IMG/VR virus record: IMGVR_UViG_3300020471_000006
Location: 64,001-128,000 of that record
Source: a virus
Taxonomy: Duplodnaviria > Caudoviricetes
Reading direction: 5' to 3' (one strand)
Length of the DNA stretch: 64,000 nt
Shown in pieces: positions 33,917-45,101 of the stretch. The notes beneath the pieces were generated by a model, which saw nothing but the letters and a program-made list of their open reading frames with translations, was not told the origin of the DNA and did no database searches. A program made the position numbers and the translations under genes. Every line of letters starts with the position of its first letter. Positions within the stretch are counted from its first letter, which is position 1.

Positions 33917-33961
33917 CCCGAACGCCGACCCCCCTATCGCCGAATCTCCGAGTGAGACATT

Positions 33962-34258
33962 ATGACATATAAAGCATTACCGAAATTCCTACATGTAAAA
34001 GATAGTCCTATAGCAGGTCAAGGTCTTTTTGCATTGGAAGATATTCCAGATGATGTTTATCTGGGTATATCCCACGTAGTAGTGGATGATACGATTATGA
34101 GGACACCTTTGGGTGGATTTGTAAATCATTCATATGAACCTAATTGTGCTAAAGACTTCGAGACTGAGGAGTGGGGGCAAATATATCATATGAGGACTAT
34201 TAGAGCTATTAAGAAGGGAGAAGAGTTATTTTTGAATTATACGTTTTATAGCGTCTAA
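33962..34258 (+). CDS. SET-domain protein (putative lysine methyltransferase)
   Basis: SPIAGQGLFA, FVNHSYEPNC, IKKGEELFLNY. Confidence 0.85.
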   Translation: MTYKALPKFLHVKDSPIAGQGLFALEDIPDDVYLGISHVVVDDTIMRTPLGGFVNHSYEPNCAKDFETEEWGQIYHMRTIRAIKKGEELFLNYTFYSV

Positions 34259-34261
34259 ATA
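34256..34261 (+). promoter_or_regulatory. Candidate late promoter (TAAATA)
   Basis: Overlaps SET stop, 24 nt before gp25 start. Confidence 0.6.
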
Positions 34262-34285
34262 AGTAGGAATATTCTTTCTACTTGT

Positions 34286-34681
34286 GTGGCGAAGTTAACG
34301 CAGTCCTTCAAGGATATATCTTTAGCTTTTAAAAAGCACCCTGTAACTGACGATGTAGTAGTTACAAAGGATAGTGCTGCGATTAAGCAGTCTATAACGA
34401 CATTATTATTAACCGACAGAGGCGAAAGACTGTTTCAACCCGATTTGGGTAGCAGTCTTCGCCGTTTTTTGTTTGAACCGCTAGATTATGCTACAGCAGG
34501 ACTGATAACAACATCAATTAGGCAATGTCTTGGTAGATTTGAACCAAGAATTAGGGTCAGTGCTTGTAGAGCAATACCTAATGATGTCGAAAATGGATTT
34601 GATGTTGAATTAACTTATAAAATTATTGGAACTACAATTCCACCAGTCACAGTAGACTTCTTTCTAGCTAGAACGAGATAA
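34286..34681 (+). CDS. 25: Baseplate wedge subunit gp25
   Basis: FKDISLAF..HPVTDD...AIKQSI...GERLFQPDLGS...RFEPRI; GTG start; precedes gp6. Confidence 0.9.
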   Translation: MAKLTQSFKDISLAFKKHPVTDDVVVTKDSAAIKQSITTLLLTDRGERLFQPDLGSSLRRFLFEPLDYATAGLITTSIRQCLGRFEPRIRVSACRAIPNDVENGFDVELTYKIIGTTIPPVTVDFFLARTR

Positions 34682-36486
34682 TGCCATACACCCAGTTAAA
34701 CAATTTAGACTTTGTTGATATAAAAACTGCACTCAAAGATTACATGAGGGCAGAGACAGATTTTACTGATTATGATTTTGAAGGATCTGCACTAAGTCAA
34801 CTACTAGACGTACTTGCCTATAATACGTACTATACAGCGTTCAATACCAATATGGTAGTGAATGAACTGTTCTTGGATTCTGCGTCTCTGAGGGACAATG
34901 TGGTGTCTCTGGCGAAACAGTTAGGTTATACTCCCAAGTCAATTACTGCTGCAAAGTCTAATCTTAGTTTTAATGTCAACATTCCTAATAATGCACCTGA
35001 TTCTGTTACTTTGAAAAAGGGTAGTGGATTTTTAACAAATTTAGATGAGACTAGTTATCAATTTGTTGCTACAAAGGACTATAGAGCAGAGGTAGCAAAT
35101 AACGTTGCTGTGTTTGAAGATGTTGAATTAGTAGAGGGTACTCTTCTTAATACTATAACAACATATAATAGTGCTGTTAAGGGTCAGAGATTTTTAATTG
35201 AAAACTCTAATGTAGATATCAATACACTCACTATTAGAATATTTGATAATAGTAATAGCAGTGTTTCTACTGAGTTTAAGAAAGCAGACAATATTTTAGA
35301 TCCAACTATCGATAGTAATTCTAAAATTTACTTTGTGAATGAGATTGAAGATGAGAACTATGAAGTAATATTTGGTGACGGTATTCTAGGTCATAAACTT
35401 GAGAATGGTAATATCATTGAAATGTCTTATGTGATCACTCATGGCAAAGATGTCAATGGTGCTAAGGCATTTACATTTGGTGGTGTATTGACAGACGGTA
35501 CTATCAACATCAATGTTCCGTATAGTGTAAAGAACATAACTACATTACAAAAAGCATATGGTGGTGAAGATATAGAGAGTATCTCTAAAATCAAGTATCT
35601 TGCTCCTAAATTCTTCTCTTCTCAGAACAGAGCAGTGACTAGTTCTGACTATGAGGTTATTGCACGTAATGTATACCCTGCTATCAGTGATATTATTGTG
35701 TTTGGTGGTGAAGATCAAGTACCACCTGACTTTGGTAAGGTGTTTCTCTCAATTAAACCATCTGATGCTTCATTCCTATCTGCTTACACAAAGAAACAGA
35801 TACAGGATGACTTGAAGAAGTATTCTGTGGGATCTGTGAGACCTGTATTGGTGGATCCATCTATTCTATATGTCGAAATGGATTCGAAAATCAATTTCGA
35901 TGGTACGCTAACAGAATTACTTCCGCAACAAATAGCATCTAATGCTGCTAAGGCGATACTTGAATATTTGAAGACTTCTCAGACTGAAAAGTTCAATGGT
36001 AAGTTCAGATATTCGAAATTTATTAGTGTCATTGACGAATCAGATAGAGCAATCAAATCTAACCTAACCTCAATCACACTAAGGAAAGATTTCTATGCAC
36101 AGTTGAATTCATCTTCCTTCTATGAGATATGTTATCAGAATGCATTCGAGATTGAATGTGATGAACCAGTTGTATCATCTACAGGTTTCATAACACTAGA
36201 ATACCCAAACTATACCACGTATCTAGAGGATAGATCTGGCAAAATAGTCCTATATAGACTAGATTCAGTAACAGGCGAAAAAATTGTCTTAAATGACTCT
36301 TTGGGTGACATTAATTATGATCATGGTGAGATTGTATTGTATGATTTGACAATCATTCAAGGAAGTTTTTCAGATAATCGTATTGAACTGCGTGTAAAAC
36401 CTGCATCTAATGATGTCACTGTACTTAGAGAAGTATATCTTGACGTAGATGTAGCAAATAGTAAATTTACAGCGATTAAAGAGTAG
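34681..36486 (+). CDS. 6: Baseplate wedge subunit gp6
   Basis: LDFVDIK...FTDYDFEGSALSQLLDVLAYNTYY...NELFLDSA; QNRAVTSSDY. Confidence 0.92.
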   Translation: MPYTQLNNLDFVDIKTALKDYMRAETDFTDYDFEGSALSQLLDVLAYNTYYTAFNTNMVVNELFLDSASLRDNVVSLAKQLGYTPKSITAAKSNLSFNVNIPNNAPDSVTLKKGSGFLTNLDETSYQFVATKDYRAEVANNVAVFEDVELVEGTLLNTITTYNSAVKGQRFLIENSNVDINTLTIRIFDNSNSSVSTEFKKADNILDPTIDSNSKIYFVNEIEDENYEVIFGDGILGHKLENGNIIEMSYVITHGKDVNGAKAFTFGGVLTDGTININVPYSVKNITTLQKAYGGEDIESISKIKYLAPKFFSSQNRAVTSSDYEVIARNVYPAISDIIVFGGEDQVPPDFGKVFLSIKPSDASFLSAYTKKQIQDDLKKYSVGSVRPVLVDPSILYVEMDSKINFDGTLTELLPQQIASNAAKAILEYLKTSQTEKFNGKFRYSKFISVIDESDRAIKSNLTSITLRKDFYAQLNSSSFYEICYQNAFEIECDEPVVSSTGFITLEYPNYTTYLEDRSGKIVLYRLDSVTGEKIVLNDSLGDINYDHGEIVLYDLTIIQGSFSDNRIELRVKPASNDVTVLREVYLDVDVANSKFTAIKE

Positions 36487-39400
36487 TGCAACAGACTGCG
36501 AAGAAAACCTCACTATTAATAGAAAATCAACTCGCTGGTTTTATCGGTGAGGAGTATGAGCTGTTTGGTAAGTTCATACAAAAGTACTATGAACAGTTAG
36601 AGTTACAAGGACAACCATTAGATATTGCGAATCATCTCGCAACATATCGTGATATCGATTTTTATGAGAAGAGTATCCTTAAACAGAGTGTACCATTAAC
36701 CCAGTTCGCACAAGCAACGGATGTGTCACTAACTGTGGGGGACACCAGTGCATTCCCTGATAGTGGTTATTTGCACGTTGATGATGAGATATGTTTCTAT
36801 AAGTCTAAATCAGCTACACAGTTCCTAGAGGTCAGTAGAGGAGTCTCAGGGAACACTGAGTTGGGAGATCTCTATAAGGAGTCTACATTCGTCACTACTA
36901 ATGCAGCAGATCATCAAATTTCTGCAAAAGTACATAATATAAGCAATCTTTTTCTCTTTGCTCTAGTAAAGAGTTTTGAATCTCAGTATTTGCCTGATTT
37001 TCCAACTGCGTTTCTTAATGATACTGTTGATCAACGTAATTTGATCAAAAATATTGCAGATTTTTACAAATCTAAGGGTACTGCTCAATCAATCAAGTTT
37101 CTCTTCAAATGCTTGGTTAAAAATGATCCAGAACCTGAAGTAAAATATCCTAGAGAACAGACTCTTAAGTCATCTGAGTCTACTTGGATAAAAAATTATT
37201 CTCTTAAGGCAAAACTCCTTTCTGGTACTCCAGAGTCATTTATTGGAAAACGCATCGTCCAAAACGTAGACGGGGCCTACGCTTCGGCGGTTATAGATAA
37301 TGTACTTTTCAATGGAACGTTTGATGGTGAGGATTTGTATGAATTGATCCTTGCTGAGGAAACAGTTAACGGAACGTTCTCATTATCATCAAAGACTACT
37401 CTTACTACTGATATAGATTATCAGAGCACTTCCGTTGATGTATTCTCTACATTGGGGTGGAGTGACAAAGGAAAGTTCACTATTGGCAATGAAACCTTCA
37501 CTTTTGATGAAAAGACTATAGATCAGTTCGTAATTAAGACTAGATCCGCATCTTCCTCACATTATGTTGGTGACTTAGTATATGACGCTGCGGAAGTTAC
37601 TGTTGGTACGGACTCTGTATTGATTCTTGGAGTATTATACAATGCTTCTCCTACACACCCAAGTCCATATGCTAATGTTGGAGAGAAACTTGAGATATCT
37701 GATCCTGGTTTTGTTAATACTGACGTAAAGATTTTTGATTCATCTAATAATATCAGATGGGATCTAACTTCTATAAAAGCAATCTTTGAAGATGGTGATG
37801 ATTACTACATTGCGTCACCAAACAATCAGTTGCGTATTCTTCCTAAAGAACCTACGTTAACTACTGAAATCTATAAAACCAACAATAAAGATATTGGTAT
37901 CTTCCTTGATGGTAGTATTGTTATGGGTGCAAGGCACACTGATAGTATACTCAATGGTGCAATTCAAAAAGTTGATGTTGTTACTAGAGGTAGCGGATAC
38001 GCTAAAGAACCATTTGTTCTTATAAACGACTCTCCTACCCTTGCAAGGGCAAAGTTAGCAGGTCAGGTAGTCGAATCAGTTATTATTGATACACCAATGC
38101 TGTACACCTCTACACCCACTGTAGAGATCACTTCTGGTAGAGGTGCAGTAGTTACTCCAATTATAACCAATGGTGCTATCACCAGTATTGTGGTAACGGA
38201 TCCAGGTGAATATTACTCATCTCCACCTGTGGTTAGAATTTTAGATTTAGCAGGTAAGGGAAGATTTGCGGAATACACAACTGAAGTGTCTAATGATGGT
38301 GAATTAACCGCATGTAACATAGTAACTGCTGGTAGTGGTTATAGTGCTGGTAATATACGTGTTGATATTATTGCTGTCGGATCTGGTGCTACTGGAACTG
38401 CTTCTATACGTTCTTGGACTAAAGACAGATATAATTTAACTGGTACGGATCCTGTACCTGCTGCATACAGAGCAAATGATACTGGAGCGTCCCATTCGCC
38501 TCTCTTAGGGTACGCATATGATGGCAACCCCATTTATGGTGCTTATGGATACGGTGATCCTCTAGACGCTTCTAGTGCTGTTACACTGATGACTAGTAGT
38601 TACTCTTTACGCTCTGCTAGAAGTCAAGGTCCATCAAAATCAACATATCCTCTAGGTACATTCTTCGAAGATTATGAATATACTCATAAGAGAGGAACTC
38701 TAGATCAAAATAATGGTAGGTTCTGTTTGACACCTGAGTATCCTAATGGTGTGTATGCGTATTTTGTTACTGTTGATGGTTCTACTCCAGTATTCCCATA
38801 TATCTTAGGTGAGAATTATTATGGAGTACCTAGAGATTCAAATTACAATCAATCATTAACTCATAATGATGTACCAAAGTCATCAACTAGGTTGAGAACT
38901 ACTGGTATTGCTAAGAATGGAGATAAAACAACTTTAATAGTTGATGAGATCAATACTGGTAGTATCTCTAGTGTAGAGGTTGTATCTAGTACCTCAACAT
39001 TCTCAGTTGGGTCTACAGTTGAGATTAATAATGAAGGTACAGGTGGTCATGGTGTTACTGCTGAGGTTTCTTCTGTAAAAGGAAAGGCAGTAGAATCTAT
39101 TGAGTCACAAGAGACTCAAGGATTATTGATCAATCTATCCAATACAGCATATCTCTTTGATGGAGATACTATAACACAAACAAATACTGGTTCTACTGGT
39201 AAGATTGTTGGTAATGTCTTTAGTGGTAGTACATTTACTCTTAGAGATGTAAATGGTGTATTTACATCTACAGATCAATTATATTCTAATACTCAAGTTA
39301 TAACTTTAATACTTGATGAAAATTCATCTTATACCAAAGGAGCAAATCTAGCATACACAGATGGTGTTGCTACTACTATTGCTATTGGAGAAGTATTAGA

Positions 39401-42400
39401 GAGTACTGCAAGTAAGAATACAGTTAAGGTTAAAGTAACAACTGGTGATTTTGTTGTTACTGATGACTATTTCATTAGAAGTAGTAATTTGATTGATAGT
39501 GTTGGTTCTAAACTTCTTAGTACCAATTCATTGAGTGCTGGACTTAACATATTCACTATTAATGACCATATAGCATTATTGAAAACTAATGGTAGTCATG
39601 GTGTTGGTATTGGTGATGATATTGAAATTGATATTAACCCTGATGATAGTGTCACCACAACTACACAGTATGTTAGAAGTAGAATATATCAGGAAGTCAC
39701 TTTTGTATCACCAGCAGTATCTACAACATTAAATGATTCTGGTATAGGAAGAATAACCATTCTTAATGGTGGTGAGGATTATACAGATAACTTTGCTACT
39801 CCTGACAACTATCGCAATATTGCTTTGAAAGGTGGTTCTGGTAGTGGAGCAACAGCAGACTTTCAGGTTGATCCTTCAGGTAGTGTTGTTTCAGTTATTG
39901 TTAAGAATAAAGGAACTGGATATAAGAAATCTGATATATTAACTGTTGGTGATGCTGATCTAGCAAAAACTGATCTGACTACACCTGCACTACAGGTTGA
40001 AGTTGATCATATTGGATTAGGAGTAACTAACACTATTGTTAATTTTGCTAGTAACATTGGATTTACAAAAGGTGATTACATTAAAATCGATGATGAGATT
40101 CTACTCTTACAAGAGAAGAATGTTGCAAATCAAGAATTCACTGTACAGAGAGGACAAAAAGGAACCAAAGCAGTAGACCACTATAATGGTGCTACAATCA
40201 CTTTAGATGTTCCAGGATATACTCTCAACAAAGGTTATAAGATTGGTGAAGCAGCTGGAGATCCAGTTATACAGTCATATGATCCTGTTACACAGAAAGC
40301 ACAAGTTGTTTGGGATTATGATGACACATTATCCACAATTATTCCTGTTTCGTTGAGTACTGTATTCTATGATACAAGTGAAGATAAGAGACTTGTGCGT
40401 GTAAGTACAAAGGGTGATCCAATTGAAGTATTTGAGTTTTCCACAGACCAAATAAATTTCTCCAGAAATCCTATACTAAACATTAAGAAATTCTATAGTT
40501 ACAAGTTTGATGTATCTCACTCTTCAATGAGTGACAGAGAATTTGATATATCTCCTAGTATCAATTATAACATTAATACTCCAGAGAAACTTGATTCTAA
40601 CAATATAGTCGATCTTAAATTAGGATTTGGTGCTAGAGTCGCTACAAACACCTATAGTACAAAAGTACCATTAAGTTATTCCAAGTATTATTATTTTGAT
40701 AGAAATGGTGGTACATCTAGTGAGACTGGTTATTTGAATGTGGTTGACGATCCACTTCAAGGTATCAAGAAAGCATTATATGTAACAAATGATACAGTTG
40801 TATATGACACTGGTGTGACAGCACCACATGACGGTTCTGGAACTGTCACATATACATCTATGTCTAAGTTCTCTGTTGGTGCTATTGACAAGATCAATGT
40901 TATCAACGTTGGTGGAGAATATAAGAAATTACCTTTAGTAGTTGGTGTTACTCCAACTGAAACGCTGAGATCCACTGCTATCACTGAGGTTTACAATGGT
41001 TCTATTAGTGGTGTAACTATAGTCAATGCTGGATCAAATTATTCTAAACCAAAAGTAATTGTTGAAGGTAATGCAGTTCTTACTCCAGTAGTGAACAATG
41101 GATCACTTACTGGTATTATTATAACAGATGCTGGATCTGATTATACTGTTGCACCAGAAGTAACTATTGTAGAATCTGACATTAGAGTATATCTTTCTAG
41201 TGTTGATATTGGTATTCCTAGAAATATACGCATCATTAACAATGGTGGTGCTTATCATAATGATACTACATTAGATTCTACTATTAGATCAAATTATATA
41301 CTTAAGGTATCTGATTTTACTACATTTAGAATTGGTGAAACTATAGTTCAAGGAGATACTGCTAGAGCAACAGTTACTGCATGGAGAGATGGATCAAATA
41401 TACTTTCTGTTAAAGATGTAACTGGTCTCTTTAGAGAAGGTTTAGAGATTAAAGGTCTTGCTAAAGGGAATACTGCAAAACTAGAAAGTATTTCATATAC
41501 TGAGTTTACACCAAATATCAAAACGTATTTTGATAATCTTGGATCATATAGTGATGATCAGGGTATTGTTAGTTCATCTAATCAAAAGATCACTGACACA
41601 TATTATTATCAGGACTATTCATACGTTGTTAAATCAAGGACTTCAATTGATATCTGGAGAGATTTAATAAAGAAAACTACTCACCCTGCTGGATTCCAGT
41701 TATTTGGTGAAGTACTTATTGAATCTGATGCACAGGCTAGCATGTCACCTATCACATCTAGTGATAGATCAAGTAGGATTCAATTATGGGATCCAAATAA
41801 AAATAAGATTACTGTTGTTAGCACTAAGAAGCAAATAACCGTTAATATTATTAAGACAGAACAACTTAAGGTTGAGCAGGGATTAGGTTCTGTATCACGT
41901 GATACATTCTCTACTGAAGAGATCAGAGCTAAGCAACTATTCCTTAATGCAGACTTTACTGGTGGATTTACTGATAAGGGTAATCTTGAAGGTCAGACAA
42001 CATTCGTTCTAGTAGACGTAAATGGTAATTCTGTATCTCCATATAATGCACAAGCATTGACTATAACTCTTGATGGTGTTATGCAAGAACCTGGTTCAGC
42101 ATATGCTGTCAATGGTAGTAACATTACATTCTCTTCACCTCCATTAGGTCCAAGAAACCAACTTGGTCAGGATATACCACAGGTTAAATTCTATTGTAGA
42201 TGGTTTGAATTTAAGACTGATGCATTGAATGCTAGGTATCTTAAGAAACTAAGAAATATCTATCAGAGATCTGGTACTTGGATTGATGCTGCTAACCAGT
42301 TATCAATGAATAGAGCATATATTCAGTCAGAGACATTAGGTTTCATTAAGGCAGAATATCCAGATCTATCATGGGGTACATTAGGTCCAACATGCCATAG

Positions 42401-45047
42401 AGATATTGGTCTCATAGTAGACTCATTTGAGCATGATTTGAGATTCGGTGGTAACTCTAAAACAATTGGTGGTGGTGAAGCATACTACAATAATGATCTT
42501 TTAGATTTTATTACAGGTGAGATTGAACCTACTATCAAAGCATTTGAGAAAGCAAAAGACCTTGCTGTTAAAGCAATGAGGAATACTTTGACTGCTGGCG
42601 AATATACATCATTAGATCCATATATAAATCTCAATATTCGTACAGGTAGTCCTTTTACTCCTAAGTGTGCAGATGTAGAGTCTGCTTTAGATTCTTTATA
42701 TGAGAATCTTAAACAAACTATCGTAACAGGTCCAGGAACTGCTACAAAGTCTCTTCCTGACTATGTTAACAACGAGAACAAGATATTTGATTTGTATTAT
42801 GATGATGGTGAAGAAGTAGTTACTGATGTCAATGAGAATTTAATAGTTTCAATAGGTGGTATTGTACAACATGACAGTAACTATTCTATCGATAGAACTA
42901 CTACACCAAATAAGATTGTATTTACTGGAGCACCTGTTTGGCAACAGCAAGAGAATACTAAGACTGTCCAAGAACCATTAGCAGTAGATAATATTGCTTT
43001 ACATGGTATTGGTAACTATATCAGATGTGAAATAGAAACTTCTGGTATATTGGATGGATCTGCTGGTCCTTTCTTAATACTTGATAGTGTTACTAAAGAG
43101 GTTAAGAAGATTGATGATGCAGATTATGCATATGTTTTTGTAGATGGTGTATTACAAAGAGACACTGATTCATATAGTATCAATGGTCCTGCTATCAGGT
43201 TTACTAGAAAGATAAATCGAGATCGTAAGGTGGAGATTATAGTTCTTTATGGTAGAGATGCACAACAGACAGTTACATTACATGATTTTGAACCAGGTAC
43301 TTATTTTAATAGATTGTCATTAAGAATCAATGATTCTAATAGTTTGAATGATTTCAGAGATCTAAGGAGTTGGTTTAATACCAAATATGATTTCAATAGA
43401 TTTGCATATCAAAAGGTTGGTACTGTCAAACATATGATTGGTGAAATCAAGAAGATAGAGATTGATACTGTTACATCATGTATATTAACTATTGCTGGTA
43501 ACAATCCTGTATTTAATGGCAATGAACCAATATATTTCTCTAGTGATTATATCAATTTCTCTGATGAGTTCTCTATATCTCTCTATGGTATTTTAGAATA
43601 TCAGAAAGATGAGTATGGTAGTCATAGAATGCAAAGAAATGCATCTCAGTGGTTATATGATAGTACAAAAGCAGATGATACATTCTACAAATCTCATAAT
43701 TTGATATCTCGTCTTAATAAGGGTGATGTCATAAAGATAGATGGAGAAGATTCTTGGAGAGATATTCAAGGATTACCAAGATATGTAAATCCAAAGAATT
43801 ACAATCCTGGTGCTGAAATATCTTCTAAGTTCTTTGGTTCTGTAACAACTACTAATTACAGTGGTGATACTAGAGGTGTAGGTTTAAGTGTTACTTGCAC
43901 TATTGATAATGGTAAAGTTGTAAGTTTGGAATGGAATAAGAAGAATCTCAAATTATATTATGATGAAGGTATATTAGAACCAACTACTGCGTATGGTTAT
44001 GATAGTACACCTGTACTACACTTCATTCCTGAAGATGGTAATGGTGGTGGAGCACATGCTGAGGTAATAGTCAGCAAAGGTCAGATTATTGATATCAAAC
44101 TTATACATTCTGGATCTGGATATACTAATGCACCAAAGGTTAGTGTTGCCAGAAAGTATAAGATCATCAAGAGACCTGATAGAAAGATCGACAGTATGGT
44201 TGATCTTATCTTCTCTACTGCGGTATTAAAATCATCACCTGTTACAGTTACTACTTCGATAGACACATTTAAGGGTGTTGAGATCATTGGTGATACTGGT
44301 ATTATCGGTGGTGGATCTGGTAGTATTGGTCTTGTTACCAATAAACCTGTTGTAGTTTCTACAATACAGAAAGTTGCTGATCTCAGTGGTAATGTATTAA
44401 CTAAGGAACTCATTATATCATGGCCTACTTCAGTCACATCTGCCCTTATGGGAACATCAATTGAGATTGAAATAGAAAGAAGTAGAGTAATACGTTCAAG
44501 CATCACTCTTGATATTGACGTTAAAAAAGAAATCGTGAAATATATCGAAACTGGTGCAGTCGATACATATAAATCATACTTTAACACTTATGGTTCCGCA
44601 ATTTTAGGACCAACACCTGAGACATTTAATCGTGTTACTTATAACACAGGAGATGTACTTTCAACAGGTGGTAGACCAGTTTCCGAGTATACTGTGGAAG
44701 AGGTTTCTATGTGGGGAATCACTATTGAAGAGATTGAAAACTCAAAAGATACTTTATGGGTAGGTAATGTCAAATGGAATTTTGTTAATCCATCCATTAA
44801 CTACTATATAAGTCAGTTGAACACTGCTGACTTACCAGATGAAGCAGGTGCAGGTTATCTTGCATCTGGTGCTATTGTTTACGCAAATACTTCTAATTTT
44901 GCAGCAACAGGAACTATCCTAGTTGGACGTGAGCAGATAACATATACAGGTAAGTTGAGTGATCGTTTTACAGGATGTACTAGAGGCGTAAATGGTACTC
45001 CTATCGAGGAACATCTCGTGGGACAGTACATCAGGAATGCCCTATAA
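36486..45047 (+). CDS. 7: Baseplate wedge initiator gp7-like (2853 aa)
   Basis: FIQKYYEQLE, IKNIADFYKSKGT..SIKFLF, YYYQDYSYVVKS...THPAGFQLFG; position between gp6 and gp8; GTG start. Confidence 0.8.
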   Translation: MQQTAKKTSLLIENQLAGFIGEEYELFGKFIQKYYEQLELQGQPLDIANHLATYRDIDFYEKSILKQSVPLTQFAQATDVSLTVGDTSAFPDSGYLHVDDEICFYKSKSATQFLEVSRGVSGNTELGDLYKESTFVTTNAADHQISAKVHNISNLFLFALVKSFESQYLPDFPTAFLNDTVDQRNLIKNIADFYKSKGTAQSIKFLFKCLVKNDPEPEVKYPREQTLKSSESTWIKNYSLKAKLLSGTPESFIGKRIVQNVDGAYASAVIDNVLFNGTFDGEDLYELILAEETVNGTFSLSSKTTLTTDIDYQSTSVDVFSTLGWSDKGKFTIGNETFTFDEKTIDQFVIKTRSASSSHYVGDLVYDAAEVTVGTDSVLILGVLYNASPTHPSPYANVGEKLEISDPGFVNTDVKIFDSSNNIRWDLTSIKAIFEDGDDYYIASPNNQLRILPKEPTLTTEIYKTNNKDIGIFLDGSIVMGARHTDSILNGAIQKVDVVTRGSGYAKEPFVLINDSPTLARAKLAGQVVESVIIDTPMLYTSTPTVEITSGRGAVVTPIITNGAITSIVVTDPGEYYSSPPVVRILDLAGKGRFAEYTTEVSNDGELTACNIVTAGSGYSAGNIRVDIIAVGSGATGTASIRSWTKDRYNLTGTDPVPAAYRANDTGASHSPLLGYAYDGNPIYGAYGYGDPLDASSAVTLMTSSYSLRSARSQGPSKSTYPLGTFFEDYEYTHKRGTLDQNNGRFCLTPEYPNGVYAYFVTVDGSTPVFPYILGENYYGVPRDSNYNQSLTHNDVPKSSTRLRTTGIAKNGDKTTLIVDEINTGSISSVEVVSSTSTFSVGSTVEINNEGTGGHGVTAEVSSVKGKAVESIESQETQGLLINLSNTAYLFDGDTITQTNTGSTGKIVGNVFSGSTFTLRDVNGVFTSTDQLYSNTQVITLILDENSSYTKGANLAYTDGVATTIAIGEVLESTASKNTVKVKVTTGDFVVTDDYFIRSSNLIDSVGSKLLSTNSLSAGLNIFTINDHIALLKTNGSHGVGIGDDIEIDINPDDSVTTTTQYVRSRIYQEVTFVSPAVSTTLNDSGIGRITILNGGEDYTDNFATPDNYRNIALKGGSGSGATADFQVDPSGSVVSVIVKNKGTGYKKSDILTVGDADLAKTDLTTPALQVEVDHIGLGVTNTIVNFASNIGFTKGDYIKIDDEILLLQEKNVANQEFTVQRGQKGTKAVDHYNGATITLDVPGYTLNKGYKIGEAAGDPVIQSYDPVTQKAQVVWDYDDTLSTIIPVSLSTVFYDTSEDKRLVRVSTKGDPIEVFEFSTDQINFSRNPILNIKKFYSYKFDVSHSSMSDREFDISPSINYNINTPEKLDSNNIVDLKLGFGARVATNTYSTKVPLSYSKYYYFDRNGGTSSETGYLNVVDDPLQGIKKALYVTNDTVVYDTGVTAPHDGSGTVTYTSMSKFSVGAIDKINVINVGGEYKKLPLVVGVTPTETLRSTAITEVYNGSISGVTIVNAGSNYSKPKVIVEGNAVLTPVVNNGSLTGIIITDAGSDYTVAPEVTIVESDIRVYLSSVDIGIPRNIRIINNGGAYHNDTTLDSTIRSNYILKVSDFTTFRIGETIVQGDTARATVTAWRDGSNILSVKDVTGLFREGLEIKGLAKGNTAKLESISYTEFTPNIKTYFDNLGSYSDDQGIVSSSNQKITDTYYYQDYSYVVKSRTSIDIWRDLIKKTTHPAGFQLFGEVLIESDAQASMSPITSSDRSSRIQLWDPNKNKITVVSTKKQITVNIIKTEQLKVEQGLGSVSRDTFSTEEIRAKQLFLNADFTGGFTDKGNLEGQTTFVLVDVNGNSVSPYNAQALTITLDGVMQEPGSAYAVNGSNITFSSPPLGPRNQLGQDIPQVKFYCRWFEFKTDALNARYLKKLRNIYQRSGTWIDAANQLSMNRAYIQSETLGFIKAEYPDLSWGTLGPTCHRDIGLIVDSFEHDLRFGGNSKTIGGGEAYYNNDLLDFITGEIEPTIKAFEKAKDLAVKAMRNTLTAGEYTSLDPYINLNIRTGSPFTPKCADVESALDSLYENLKQTIVTGPGTATKSLPDYVNNENKIFDLYYDDGEEVVTDVNENLIVSIGGIVQHDSNYSIDRTTTPNKIVFTGAPVWQQQENTKTVQEPLAVDNIALHGIGNYIRCEIETSGILDGSAGPFLILDSVTKEVKKIDDADYAYVFVDGVLQRDTDSYSINGPAIRFTRKINRDRKVEIIVLYGRDAQQTVTLHDFEPGTYFNRLSLRINDSNSLNDFRDLRSWFNTKYDFNRFAYQKVGTVKHMIGEIKKIEIDTVTSCILTIAGNNPVFNGNEPIYFSSDYINFSDEFSISLYGILEYQKDEYGSHRMQRNASQWLYDSTKADDTFYKSHNLISRLNKGDVIKIDGEDSWRDIQGLPRYVNPKNYNPGAEISSKFFGSVTTTNYSGDTRGVGLSVTCTIDNGKVVSLEWNKKNLKLYYDEGILEPTTAYGYDSTPVLHFIPEDGNGGGAHAEVIVSKGQIIDIKLIHSGSGYTNAPKVSVARKYKIIKRPDRKIDSMVDLIFSTAVLKSSPVTVTTSIDTFKGVEIIGDTGIIGGGSGSIGLVTNKPVVVSTIQKVADLSGNVLTKELIISWPTSVTSALMGTSIEIEIERSRVIRSSITLDIDVKKEIVKYIETGAVDTYKSYFNTYGSAILGPTPETFNRVTYNTGDVLSTGGRPVSEYTVEEVSMWGITIEEIENSKDTLWVGNVKWNFVNPSINYYISQLNTADLPDEAGAGYLASGAIVYANTSNFAATGTILVGREQITYTGKLSDRFTGCTRGVNGTPIEEHLVGQYIRNAL

Positions 45048-45060
45048 ATAAATATAAATA
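45043..45060 (+). promoter_or_regulatory. Tandem late promoters (TATAAATA x2)
   Basis: TATAAATA at 45043 and 45053, upstream of gp8. Confidence 0.75.
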
Positions 45061-45101
45061 ACTCGGATTTAGTCTTAATTTAACATTTAGAGACCAGTGC
45101 T

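Noticed and set aside
40437-40445. Additional TTTTCCACA box
   Set aside because: Single copy inside gp7 coding sequence (EFST), consistent with chance.
44081-44587. Minus-strand ORFs such as 44081..44587, 6615..6905, 56902..57231
   Set aside because: Antisense shadows of long + strand genes caused by biased codon usage; no promoters, ribosome sites or protein-like motifs.
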